From an uncultured Bacilli bacterium (GTDB taxonomy: Bacteria > Bacillota_I > Bacilli_A > RF39 > UBA660), in assembly GCA_947626095.1 (NCBI GenBank), contig CANQQV010000006.1, positions 21,643 to 85,642 on the forward strand: a stretch of DNA of 64,000 nucleotides, given 5' to 3'. The translations under genes and the position numbers were made by a program. The notes under the pieces are model-generated. The model was not told the origin of the DNA. It worked only from the letters and a program-made list of their open reading frames with translations, and made no database searches. This document shows, one piece after another, positions 1 through 9,641 of this stretch (position 1 is its first letter; each line of letters starts with the position of its first letter).

Positions 1-500
1 TCAGATGATTTTAAATCGTTACCAATATGGCCATTAAATCTTAGGGTAGTAAAACGATCGTTATATGCCTCAGTAAAAAAAGGTAGTAAGTCTGAATCAA
101 AGTCTTGGTAAAATAATTGAGTTAGACTTAAAGCTTTATCATTAGTTAAATAGGAGCCGGTAATAGCAGATATATCGAATTCTTCACCAAAATAACTTTT
201 TAATAAGCTTTCAACTTCATCTATTTTATCTTCTAATGATTCTAAAGAAAAGTAAAAATCTTGAATTAGAGAATAATAGCGACCATATAAGATACGTTCA
301 CTATTGATGTTATATAATCTTTGTTTAAAACTTTCACTTGGTCTTTTGATTGAAGATAGATTTTCAAAGACAAGGTGTTCGGATGAATCTAGGACTTTTT
401 CTAGATATAATTTTCTTTGAGGGTTAGTTTCTTTTTCAATTATTTTGCGTAATAAATTGATTTGTTTTAAGAAGTCATCGGTCGTCCAATTATATCTCAT
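1..500 (-). CDS. Hypothetical protein, 3' end truncated by window edge (MRYNWTTDDFLKQINYLRKIIEKE...)
   Basis: ATG at 500-498 with a GGAGGGG SD upstream; frame stays open to the left edge. Not in the ORF track. Confidence 0.8.
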   Translation of the reverse strand, partial: MRYNWTTDDFLKQINLLRKIIEKETNPQRKLYLEKVLDSSEHLVFENLSSIKRPSESFKQRLYNINSERILYGRYYSLIQDFYFSLESLEDKIDEVESLLKSYFGEEFDISAITGSYLTNDKALSLTQLFYQDFDSDLLPFFTEAYNDRFTTLRFNGHIGNDLKSS

Positions 501-574
501 AAAATCCCCCTCCATTTAAGTTGCTATGATATCATAGGTCTTCTTAAATATCAATTATTAAGTGAAATTATTGG

Positions 575-603
575 TTGACTTAAGTATTAAAAAATACTAT
601 AAT
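575..603 (+). promoter_or_regulatory. Sigma-A type promoter
   Basis: TTGACT (575-580), 17-bp spacer, TATAAT (598-603). Confidence 0.8.
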
Positions 604-609
604 GATTAT

Positions 610-1537
610 AGTAAGGAGGTATATAGAAGATAACATTTCTAATATCTTAGTATATTTTAGGGCATAAGCTTGAAAAATAGCGAAAATATAAAGAAATTTA
701 TATTTCATTTTGTGAAAAAATATATTTTTTAACGATATTAAAGAATAGTCTTATGACTATTATGGTTCTTATGAACCCCTCAACTTTAACATGTGCGATT
801 AATGCATTTGTATATTAGTAATAGATTACTAAGCCAAGAAGTTGATTTTCCAGCATATTTATATATGACTGAAGAGAATAATTTATAATTATTCTATTAT
901 CTTCTATTAATCGTTAAATGGTAATTTTGTTCATCCCCATTTAATCATTATCTGAAAAGAGTACTGAATACCGTTATATTCTACTAATAGTTAGCATTTT
1001 CTATTTTTCCAATATGGATAGTAGTTATATAATGAAAATGATGAATAGCTTTCGTACTAGCTTAGGTTTTATTTTGATAATAAAATCGCAAGTATGTTAT
1101 GCATTTTGATTTTTGTTTAGTAATTAACAGTTATCTTATATGAATTTAGCTTTATCAAAAGTAAAGCTTTTGGGATTATAAGGTAATATGGAAATTATTT
1201 GAACATGATGAAAGCGTTTGAAAATGATGGATCTTAAACTTGTCTTGCAAGGGAATCAAGTAATCCAACCGTTGAGTATAGGTTGGGAGGGTAGCTCCCA
1301 AACAACTTATACAATATACTATATCGTGTGAGCTCATATAAATATAATTTAGCGATGAATTGGAGAATCCTTATACGAAAGTATAGTTTAAACGTGAATG
1401 TAAAATTTACTTGAAATATCTGAATAAAAACAGATATTTATGATACTATCAAAATAGAATGTTACATTACACTATACGGAGGTTCATTTAAAACGGACAA
1501 ATGCAAATGTAGGAACGATTAATGTTCCTATTTTTTT
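610..1537 (+). ncRNA. Candidate large, highly structured non-coding RNA (~930 nt), family unassigned
   Basis: No ORF of 60 aa or more on either strand; bounded by promoter and terminator; many local and long-range helices, including GCAA and GAAA tetraloop hairpins. Confidence 0.7.
1510..1537 (+). terminator. Intrinsic terminator
   Basis: TAGGAAC-gattaat-GTTCCTA followed by T7. Confidence 0.8.
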
Positions 1538-1639
1538 GTGATTAATTTTATAGTAGCTATTGAATTAATGACAAAAAAATTATAAAATTATAATGTATAA
1601 TAAGATATTCTTGAATAAAAGAATAAAGGGGATGTTAAT

Positions 1640-2797
1640 GTGAAAGCAGTTGTTGGTTCAACTATTCAATCTAGCAGTTATGATGCAGGAATAGAATTAG
1701 CTAAAAATGCAACTAAAGGACTTAGATTACCAAAGATAGGATTTTTATTTGGTTCAACTAAATATACCCAAGCTGAGTTACTTAGAGGGGTTAAATCTTT
1801 TAATCCTGATATAAAAGTTATTGGTTGTACTTCAAATGAAGCAATTATGACACCAGATGGAATTATTTGGAATGAAGATGGTTTTGCAGGAATGTTATCT
1901 TTAGAAGATAATGAACTTACTGTTGGGGTCGCTTTAACAGAACGTGGAACTGATGCAAGAGTAGCAGGTAGAAGAGTAGCGAAAGAAGCAATGGCAAATG
2001 CAGAGAAAAAATATCCACCTTTAGCATTTGCTTTATTTACAACACCTGGTAGTGAAGAAGAATATATTAAGGGTATTCAAGATGTATTAGGAGAAATACC
2101 AATGTTTGGTGGATCAGCTGCCGCTGAAAATAGTAGTCTTAATTGGAGTGTTATTTGTGAAAATAAGTCGACTAATGATGGATGTGCCATTGCTATTTTC
2201 TATACAACAAAAAAAGTTAAGAATGTCTTTGTAAATAATTATGAAAAAACAAAAAATATGGGTATTATTACTAAAATGGATGGACCAAGAAAAATTGTAG
2301 AAATAGATAATTCTTTAGCATTAAAGAAATATGCTGAATGGAATGATATCGAAGCTGAAGATATAATGGATGATAAGCTAGCTTATGCAGCTATTTCTGT
2401 ACCATTAGGAGTAAGTACAACAAAAGGTGAGACTGTATTAAGTCATCAATTACTTAAAGGTAATCATGATTATTCGTTAGAAATTGGTTCAAATGCTAGT
2501 GTTGATACAGCAGTCATGCAACTTAAGATAACTGAGGATGGAATGATTGAAGGACTTGTTAAAGGAATTAATCAACTTAAAAATGAATTTAAAGCAACAG
2601 CAATAGTTTTATTGCATAGTAGTGGTCGTAAAAAATATTTAGATGAAAGAATAGATGAAGATTTTGTAGCATTGAAAAATGCGATTGGGGATATTCCTTT
2701 TATTGTTACATTTACTAATAGTGAGTTTGGAACGGTAGATCATTCTGGAGCTTTGGTAGCTAATTTATCATTATCTATTACTGGGTTCTCTGAATAG
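1640..2797 (+). CDS. FIST domain (FIST-N/FIST-C) sensory protein
   Basis: VIGCTS, PMFGGSAA, SxxRK and FxTxSEFG motifs typical of FIST proteins. Confidence 0.8.
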   Translation: MKAVVGSTIQSSSYDAGIELAKNATKGLRLPKIGFLFGSTKYTQAELLRGVKSFNPDIKVIGCTSNEAIMTPDGIIWNEDGFAGMLSLEDNELTVGVALTERGTDARVAGRRVAKEAMANAEKKYPPLAFALFTTPGSEEEYIKGIQDVLGEIPMFGGSAAAENSSLNWSVICENKSTNDGCAIAIFYTTKKVKNVFVNNYEKTKNMGIITKMDGPRKIVEIDNSLALKKYAEWNDIEAEDIMDDKLAYAAISVPLGVSTTKGETVLSHQLLKGNHDYSLEIGSNASVDTAVMQLKITEDGMIEGLVKGINQLKNEFKATAIVLLHSSGRKKYLDERIDEDFVALKNAIGDIPFIVTFTNSEFGTVDHSGALVANLSLSITGFSE

Positions 2798-2880
2798 TTA
2801 TAAAAGAATATATTTTCTATAATTATATTATATATTAATGGTCATAAAAAAAGCTTGACTATTGAGCTTTTTTTAGTTGG

Positions 2881-3150
2881 AAAAAATTTTAAAAAAACGC
2901 AAAAATTAAAAAATGTAAATTTTATGAAAATCGATTTTTTGAAAAAAAAGTAAAATATTGTAAATCGAACACAAAAAAATCAAAAAATGCTTTGAAGTCC
3001 CTATTTTAGGGACTTTTTCTTATAACAATATTCTTGATAATATCAAAAATAAAAAAACAAAAATCCCTAAAAAACGGAAAAAATTAAAAAAATTAAAAAA
3101 TGCAAAAAGGCAATTTTTGAAATTTTTTGCAAAAATAAAACTTTTCTTTT
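2881..3150. other. Phased A-tract region with palindromes upstream of nrdD
   Basis: A/T tracts recurring about every 10 bp; AAGTCCCTA-ttt-TAGGGACTT at 2995-3015. Confidence 0.5.
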
Positions 3151-3205
3151 TTATATATGTTTTATATAATGAAATTAGGAAAAGGTAGAAGGAGAGTTTT
3201 TAAAT

Positions 3206-5521
3206 ATGGCAAAGAAAGAAGAAGATCTTTTTGCTACTCTACAAGTAGTAAAAAGAAATGGTAAAAAAGTAGAATTTAATCCAACAAAAATTGCTATAGC
3301 AATCAAAAAGGGTTTTGATGATGTAATCGAAAAATCAATTGATGAAACTGGAGTAGCAAAATACTCTGAAAAAGATATGCAAAAAGTATTTCATGATGTT
3401 TTAGATCGAATTGAAAAAGATTATGCTGATAAAGATAAAATTAAAATTGAAGAAATTCAAGATTTGATTGAATCATCATTAAAGAGTAAAAAATATACAG
3501 ATGTATATGAAAGCTTTTCTAGTTATAGAGAAAGAAGAGCACAATCAAGAGAAGCTTTTACAGAAGATAAAAGATCTCATAAATTTTTAAAAACGTTAGA
3601 AGGACTTGCTTTAAAGAGTGCTTCAGAAGATGATACAAAAAGAGAAAATGGTAATATTGATGGTAACTCAGCAATGGGTACAATGTTACAATTTGGTTCT
3701 AATGTATCTAAGGAATTTTCTAAAACATATTTAATGAAGAAAAAATTTGCTGATGCTCATGATGAAGGTGATATCCATATTCATGATATGGATTTTGAAG
3801 CAATGGGTACAACAACTTGTTTACAAATAGATTTAGATAAACTATTTAAAGGTGGTTTCTCAACTGGTCATGGTTATTTAAGAGAACCAAATGATATTAT
3901 GAGTTATTCAGCATTAGCTGCTATAGCTATTCAATCTAATCAAAATGATCAACATGGTGGTCAAAGTATTCCATTATTTGATTATTATTTAGCACCAGGT
4001 GTTGTTAAAACATTTAGAAAACAACTTAAAATGACAATTCAAGATTTCTTAGATTATTCAGATTTTGCTAGTTTTGTTAATATGAAAACAGTTGAAGATG
4101 TTATTAATAAATTAACAACTATTGAAACACCTGTTGAAACTTTTGAAAAATTTTATAAAGAAAATGAGTCATTGAAAAGATTATTTACAATGGCATTAGA
4201 TAAAGCAGTTAAAAAGACTGATCGTATAACATACCAAGCAATGGAAGCATTTATTCATAACTTAAATACAATGCATTCAAGAGCTGGAGCACAAGTTCCA
4301 TTTAGTTCAGTTAACTTTGGTACTGATACTTCACCAGAAGGTCGTATGGTAATGAAAAATTACTTAATGGCTGTTGATGCTGGTTTAGGACATAGTGAAA
4401 CACCAATATTCCCTATATCAATATTTAAAGTTAAAGATGGAATAAATTATAATCCTGGTGAACCAAACTATGATTTATTTAAATTATCTTGTAAGGTATC
4501 TGCTAAAAGATTATTCCCTAACTTTGAATTTATAGATGCACCATATAATTTACAATATTATGTTCCAGGTAGACCTGAAACAGAAGTTGCAACAATGGGT
4601 TGTCGTACAAGAGTTATGGGTAATGTTGTTGATCCTGATAAACAAATTACACCAGGTCGTGGAAACTTATCTTTTACAACAATTAACTTAGTTAGATTAG
4701 GTATTAAACATGGTATTGTTGGTCCTAATGCTAAAGATAAAGCTGATATGAAAGGTTTCTATGAAGAGTTAGATGAAAAGATTGAATTATGTAAAGACCA
4801 ATTACTTGAAAGATTTGAAATTCAATGTAATAAGAGAGTATATAATTTCCCATTCTTAATGGGTCAAGGCAACTGGATGGATTCAGAAAAACTTAAACCT
4901 AATGATAAGTTAAAGAAAGTATTAAAACATGGTACTTTATCAGTTGGATTTATCGGTTTAGCTGAATGCTTAGTAGCTTTAATAGGAGAACATCATGGTG
5001 AATCAGAAAAAGCCCAAAAGTTAGGTCTTGAAATTATTGGCCATATGAGAAAGAAACTTGATGAATATAGTCAACAATATAAACTTAACTTTACTTGTTT
5101 AGCTACGCCTGCTGAAGGATTAAGTGGAAGATTTACTAAAATAGATAGAGCAATATATGGAAAGATTAAAGGTGTAACTGATCGTGAGTATTATACTAAT
5201 TCATTCCATGTACCAGTTTATTATAATATAACAATATCTAAAAAAATTAAAATTGAAGCTCCATATCATGCATTAACTAATGCTGGTCATATTAGTTATA
5301 TTGAGTTAGATGGAGATGTAACAGAGAATGTTGAAGCATTTGAATCTGTTATAAGAATGATGAAAGAAGCTGGAATGGGTTATGGAGCAATTAACCATCC
5401 AGTAGATAGAGATCCAGTTTGTGGATATGTTGGAGTTATTAAGGACGTATGTCCAGGTTGTGGACGTCGTGAGGGAGATCCAATTCCAGCAGAATTATTA
5501 AAGAATTTAAATAATAAATAA
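3206..5521 (+). CDS. nrdD: Anaerobic (class III) ribonucleoside-triphosphate reductase, large subunit lacking the glycyl-radical tail
   Basis: N-terminal ATP cone (VVKRNGKKVEFN), HIHD, QHGGQS, MGCRT finger loop, TPAEGLSGRF, YYTNSFH, C-terminal DPVC..CPGC; no RxxGY motif. Confidence 0.95.
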   Translation: MAKKEEDLFATLQVVKRNGKKVEFNPTKIAIAIKKGFDDVIEKSIDETGVAKYSEKDMQKVFHDVLDRIEKDYADKDKIKIEEIQDLIESSLKSKKYTDVYESFSSYRERRAQSREAFTEDKRSHKFLKTLEGLALKSASEDDTKRENGNIDGNSAMGTMLQFGSNVSKEFSKTYLMKKKFADAHDEGDIHIHDMDFEAMGTTTCLQIDLDKLFKGGFSTGHGYLREPNDIMSYSALAAIAIQSNQNDQHGGQSIPLFDYYLAPGVVKTFRKQLKMTIQDFLDYSDFASFVNMKTVEDVINKLTTIETPVETFEKFYKENESLKRLFTMALDKAVKKTDRITYQAMEAFIHNLNTMHSRAGAQVPFSSVNFGTDTSPEGRMVMKNYLMAVDAGLGHSETPIFPISIFKVKDGINYNPGEPNYDLFKLSCKVSAKRLFPNFEFIDAPYNLQYYVPGRPETEVATMGCRTRVMGNVVDPDKQITPGRGNLSFTTINLVRLGIKHGIVGPNAKDKADMKGFYEELDEKIELCKDQLLERFEIQCNKRVYNFPFLMGQGNWMDSEKLKPNDKLKKVLKHGTLSVGFIGLAECLVALIGEHHGESEKAQKLGLEIIGHMRKKLDEYSQQYKLNFTCLATPAEGLSGRFTKIDRAIYGKIKGVTDREYYTNSFHVPVYYNITISKKIKIEAPYHALTNAGHISYIELDGDVTENVEAFESVIRMMKEAGMGYGAINHPVDRDPVCGYVGVIKDVCPGCGRREGDPIPAELLKNLNNK

Positions 5522-5544
5522 ATAGAAGGAAAGAGGTAAAAGGT

Positions 5545-5730
5545 ATGAAAACAGAAAAAGTAGAAAAGGTTGCTGAAACTAAAGTTGAAAGCAAAAAAAT
5601 GGTAGGTGAAGGAGTAGGATTCGAAAGAATCAGAAGAATCACTGGCTATTTAGTAGGTACTGTTGAAAGATTCAACGATGGTAAAAGAGCCGAAGAACGC
5701 GATAGAGTAAAACACACATTTGATAAGTAA
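5545..5730 (+). CDS. Stand-alone NrdD glycyl-radical domain peptide
   Basis: RIRRITGYLVG...FNDGKRAEERDRVKH is the canonical NrdD C-terminus; has its own SD-like sequence (GAGGT) and ATG. Confidence 0.9.
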   Translation: MKTEKVEKVAETKVESKKMVGEGVGFERIRRITGYLVGTVERFNDGKRAEERDRVKHTFDK

Positions 5731-5734
5731 TAAG

Positions 5735-5759
5735 AGTGGACATTGTCCACTTTTATTTT
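5735..5759 (+). terminator. Intrinsic terminator after the nrdD pair
   Basis: AGTGGAC-att-GTCCACT plus T-rich tail. Confidence 0.7.
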
Positions 5760-5806
5760 GGAATAAAATAATCTTATGTTATAATGAGAACGATTGAAGG
5801 TGACTT

Positions 5807-6439
5807 ATGAAAAAGTTAGATATAATCTATGAAGATAAAGAATTATTAGTAGTTAATAAAGAAGCGCATAAATTAACAATTGCGACTGAAAAAAGAGAAA
5901 GTAATACATTATATAATGAAGCTAGTAGTTATGTTAAAAAGCAATATCCGAAAAATAAAATATTTATAGTACATAGATTAGATAAAGACACTTCAGGAAT
6001 AGTAATATTGGCTAAGAATCAAGATAAAAAGTTAGAATTACAAAATAATTGGGAGAAAGTAAAGAGAGAGTATATAGCAATAGTAGAGGGTAAATTAGAA
6101 AAGAAAAAAGATATTTTAAAAGATTATTTAGGCGAAGATAAAACGTTAAGAGTTTATATAACGAAAGATAAAAATAAAGGTAAATTAGCAATTACAGAGT
6201 ATGAAGTAATAAAAGAGAATAGTAAATATTCTTTACTTAAAATAAAGATAAGAACAGGAAGACGTAATCAAATAAGAGTACAACTTGCTAATATAGGACA
6301 TCCAATTGTAGGGGATAAGAAGTATGGTAGTAAAGATAATATATTAGGAAGATTAGCATTACATGCTAATTTAGTAGAATATAAAGATTATTGTTTTATG
6401 GCTAAGGATCCAAAAGAATTTAAAAAATTAATAGATTAA
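5807..6439 (+). CDS. RluA-family RNA pseudouridine synthase
   Basis: HRLDKDTSG catalytic motif, TGRRNQIRVQL, HPIVGDKKYG, LALHA. Confidence 0.92.
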   Translation: MKKLDIIYEDKELLVVNKEAHKLTIATEKRESNTLYNEASSYVKKQYPKNKIFIVHRLDKDTSGIVILAKNQDKKLELQNNWEKVKREYIAIVEGKLEKKKDILKDYLGEDKTLRVYITKDKNKGKLAITEYEVIKENSKYSLLKIKIRTGRRNQIRVQLANIGHPIVGDKKYGSKDNILGRLALHANLVEYKDYCFMAKDPKEFKKLID

Positions 6440-6482
6440 TATTATTTAATAGTTAGTTTATGATATAATTATCTAAGAATAG

Positions 6483-7370
6483 GTGATAAGAATGTCAGGA
6501 TTAGCTAATTTTTTATTTGGTAATATATTTCTTATAATATTAGTTGGAATTATTATTTATACTATTCGTCAATATAATGATTTGAAACAGAGAATGGCAA
6601 TTATTGATGATATTTTTAATAAGACTTTAGATGCTTATTTAAAGAAGAAAATAAATGAAGCTAAAGATGTGGCTGATAAGATAATGAAAGAGCATGGAGA
6701 AGATGAAATAGTAGCAGCAGAGATTAATCGTTTGTTATATCAAATAGCAAATTTTGAAAAGGGAACAATAAATGATAAGGTAGCGACAAGTAATTCAATT
6801 AATAAGTTTAAGGTAAGTAAGAAAATAGATCGTGAAAAATACCCTTATTTAACGGTTTTAGATGATTTAGGTACATTTACTGAGGAAGATATGAATTCGC
6901 TTGAAAATGGGGTTGCAATTGCCCGAAAAGAGTATAATACACAAGCTTTTAGATATAATGAGAAAGCTCAAGAAGTACCTATTCAATATTTAACGAAATA
7001 TTTAAAGTTAGTTTCACAATATTTGATTTTTGATGCTCCAACTTATGAAAAATATGAAGATGATTATGAAGTATTTGAAGAGAAAGAACCAGAAATTCAT
7101 TCTTTATCTGTTTTAAATAGAAGTACAGAAGTAGAAGAGAAGGCGGAAGTACTTAAGTTAGCAGAGGATGAACAGAAGGGACCTGAAATAACGGTTATTG
7201 AACATAGTGATGTTATTTTGAAGCCAACGAGAAAGATTCATCAAGATATTTTAGCAACAGATGTAGTGGATGAAACGAAAAAAGATAAAGAAGAGAAAAG
7301 CGAAGATAAAGATAGTAAAGATAATAAAGATAATAAAGATAGTAAGAAAGATACAGAAAAAAAGAATTAG
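6483..7370 (+). CDS. LemA-like membrane-anchored protein with charged low-complexity tail
   Basis: N-terminal TM; LENGVAIARKEYN...YNEKAQEVP resembles the LemA core. Confidence 0.6.
   Translation: MIRMSGLANFLFGNIFLIILVGIIIYTIRQYNDLKQRMAIIDDIFNKTLDAYLKKKINEAKDVADKIMKEHGEDEIVAAEINRLLYQIANFEKGTINDKVATSNSINKFKVSKKIDREKYPYLTVLDDLGTFTEEDMNSLENGVAIARKEYNTQAFRYNEKAQEVPIQYLTKYLKLVSQYLIFDAPTYEKYEDDYEVFEEKEPEIHSLSVLNRSTEVEEKAEVLKLAEDEQKGPEITVIEHSDVILKPTRKIHQDILATDVVDETKKDKEEKSEDKDSKDNKDNKDSKKDTEKKN
7308..7343 (+). repeat. 4 x 9-bp coding tandem repeat AAAGATA(A/G)T (KDS/KDN)
   Basis: Read directly from the sequence. Confidence 0.8.
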
Positions 7371-7376
7371 ATATTA

Positions 7377-7706
7377 TTATTTATCTAATTCTTTTAATTT
7401 GTCATATTGTTTATATAAGTATTGAACGTGATTTTCAAGATAAAAATAGTGATAGATATATAAGACAAGGAAAACAGTTAAAATCATAGCTATAGGTAAG
7501 AAAATTAAACTAAGAGCCATCATTCCTAAGAATAATAAAGTAACTACAGCATAAAATAAAGTTACATATAAATGAATTTGTCTTTCGTGTTGGAAGAAAC
7601 CTATTTTAATTAAATGATTATCAATTACTTCTTTTAAATTATTATGCTTTTTTTCAGCTATATAGTTATCAATACTTAACATATATTCATGTATATATTC
7701 TCTCAT
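7377..7706 (-). CDS. Small two-TM membrane protein
   Basis: ORF with FFQHERQIHLYVT followed by two hydrophobic helices. Confidence 0.75.
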   Translation of the reverse strand: MREYIHEYMLSIDNYIAEKKHNNLKEVIDNHLIKIGFFQHERQIHLYVTLFYAVVTLLFLGMMALSLIFLPIAMILTVFLVLYIYHYFYLENHVQYLYKQYDKLKELDK

Positions 7707-7746
7707 AGATTATCACCAATTTAATTATATCATTTAGCCAGAAAAA

Positions 7747-7768
7747 AACAAACTCTTATGAGTTTGTT
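7747..7768 (-). terminator. Terminator downstream of tRNA-Asn
   Basis: AACAAACTC-ttat-GAGTTTGTT with a T run on the minus strand. Confidence 0.7.
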
Positions 7769-7778
7769 AATTTTAAAA

Positions 7779-7854
7779 TGGCGCCTGATGTAGGACTCGA
7801 ACCTACGACCTAACGGTTAACAGCCGTGCGCTCTACCGACTGAGCTAATCAGGC
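7779..7854 (-). tRNA. tRNA-Asn (GTT)
   Basis: GCCTGAT/ATCAGGC acceptor stem, CTGTTAA anticodon loop, GGTTCGAGTCC T-arm, encoded CCA. Confidence 0.97.
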
Positions 7855-7931
7855 ATTGCTCTTTAATTATAACATTCTTGAAAATAATGTCAATAAAAAA
7901 TTAAAGGTTTTTTAAAGAACATTTTTAATTT

Positions 7932-8468
7932 TTACGTTTGGATATCAATACTTTTAACTTTGTTCTCACCATTTTTAATAGAAATATTAGCAATTAAAGT
8001 TATAACTAGATATTCGTTAGTACTTAGTTTTTCATTTTTAGGAGTAGGTAGAGTAGCATTTAAATTATTTATTTTAAGATCAAAAGAATAAGAATAGTAA
8101 GTATCAGTTATTTTCTTTAAATAGTTAGTATTAATTATTTCGTAATTATTCCATGTTTTAATCATATCTTTAGATATTGTTTGGTCAGTAATTATTTCAT
8201 CATTAATAGAATATAAGTAGTTGTTAATAATTTCTTTTTCATTTAAATCATTTAAGATAGATGGCTTTTCAGCTACTAGTGCTGGTTGTTCTTCTTCGCC
8301 TTTTATTTCTTTAAAAGCATTTTTAATTTCTTTAGTAAGACCATTGTATTCACTTAATGAGGCACAATATGATTTGGCACCAAAAACAAGAATAGTTGAT
8401 GCTCCTAGAAGACAGCTATAAATAATTAGATCGAATTTTATATTTCTTCTTAATCTCATATTATTCAC
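7932..8468 (-). CDS. Hypothetical exported or membrane-anchored protein
   Basis: Basic N-terminus plus hydrophobic helix. Confidence 0.7.
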   Translation of the reverse strand: MNNMRLRRNIKFDLIIYSCLLGASTILVFGAKSYCASLSEYNGLTKEIKNAFKEIKGEEEQPALVAEKPSILNDLNEKEIINNYLYSINDEIITDQTISKDMIKTWNNYEIINTNYLKKITDTYYSYSFDLKINNLNATLPTPKNEKLSTNEYLVITLIANISIKNGENKVKSIDIQT

Positions 8469-8564
8469 CTTATATTATTATACTATAAAATATAATAATT
8501 TAAAATAAGGTCGTTTATTTACTAAGAATAGTTATTCATGGTATAATGGTAAAGGTGATTATAT

Positions 8565-9632
8565 ATGAACGAAAGTAATAATGGACGTGTTAGTTATCAA
8601 GTTGGGGGAAGAAAAAATACTGTAGAAGTTCCAACTAATAATCAACCTAGTATTAATGCAGTAATTAGTGATACTAAAGAGCCAGAAGTATTAGATGTTC
8701 CAGTTAATAATTTTGAAGTAAGTATTCTAGAACGCTATGGAAGAGATTTAACGGCGGTAGAGTATTTAACTGATCCTTCAATAGGAAGAGATAATGAAAT
8801 TAAACAAGTTATTATGACTTTGTTAACACCAGAAAAGAGTGCTTTATTAGTAGGTAAAGCTGGTGTAGGTAAAACATCTATTGTTGAAGGGGTAGCTTAT
8901 CGTATTCAAAAACATATGGTACCACAAGCATTAGAGGGGTATAAAATATATAAATTAAATGTAACTTCATTACTTGGTCAGACTGAATCTAATGGTCAAA
9001 TAGAAAATAGAGTTGATTTGTTAGTTAAAGAGTTAGCGAAGAAAAGTAAGACAATAGTATTTTTAGATGAAACCCATGTCTTAGTAAATAAAGATGGAGC
9101 AGAAAATGGTATCGATTTTGCGAATATGTTTAAAGCAGGATTAGACCGTGGGGAAATAAAAATGATTGGTGCAACAACTGATGAAGAATATGAACAATAT
9201 ATATTAAAAGATAGAGCGTTTTTAAGACGTTTTCAAAAGATAGATGTTGCTGAAGCTGATCAAGAAACAACAGTTAAGATATTAATGGGAACATATCCTA
9301 AAATAGAAGCTAAAACGGGAGTACATTTTGAATATACATCATTTGTTATTGAAAGAATAATGCGTTTTATTGTAGATATGACAGATGAATATAAAAGAAT
9401 ATATGAAATATCTAGTAGATATCCTGATATTTGTTTAACAATAGTTTCTAATGCTTTTACTTATGCTTTATTTGATAATGAGAATGTTTGTCGTATTAAA
9501 CATATTTATAAAGCAATATGTAATGCGAGAAATGTTTATGACGATGCAAAGAAGAAAGCAATTGAAAAGTTTAAAGTAGATTTTGCTGATTTAATTAGAG
9601 AAGAAAATGTTGATTTAACGGAAATAGGTTAG
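8565..9632 (+). CDS. ClpA/B/C-like AAA+ ATPase containing only NBD1
   Basis: [48 protein letters not shown]. Confidence 0.85.
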   Translation: MNESNNGRVSYQVGGRKNTVEVPTNNQPSINAVISDTKEPEVLDVPVNNFEVSILERYGRDLTAVEYLTDPSIGRDNEIKQVIMTLLTPEKSALLVGKAGVGKTSIVEGVAYRIQKHMVPQALEGYKIYKLNVTSLLGQTESNGQIENRVDLLVKELAKKSKTIVFLDETHVLVNKDGAENGIDFANMFKAGLDRGEIKMIGATTDEEYEQYILKDRAFLRRFQKIDVAEADQETTVKILMGTYPKIEAKTGVHFEYTSFVIERIMRFIVDMTDEYKRIYEISSRYPDICLTIVSNAFTYALFDNENVCRIKHIYKAICNARNVYDDAKKKAIEKFKVDFADLIREENVDLTEIG

Positions 9633-9641
9633 AGAATAGAA

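Noticed and set aside
610-1537. RNase P RNA, tmRNA, group II intron, rRNA fragment or CRISPR array as the identity of the ORF-free region
   Set aside because: No GAGGAAAGUCC P4 motif, no tRNA-like GGGG...CCA ends, no GUGCG 5' boundary with a domain V catalytic hairpin, no rRNA-like sequence, and no repeat-spacer periodicity seen.
5439-5642. 67-aa minus-strand ORF
   Set aside because: Antisense shadow of nrdD and the glycyl-radical ORF.
8221-8421. 66-aa plus-strand ORF
   Set aside because: Antisense shadow of 7932-8468.
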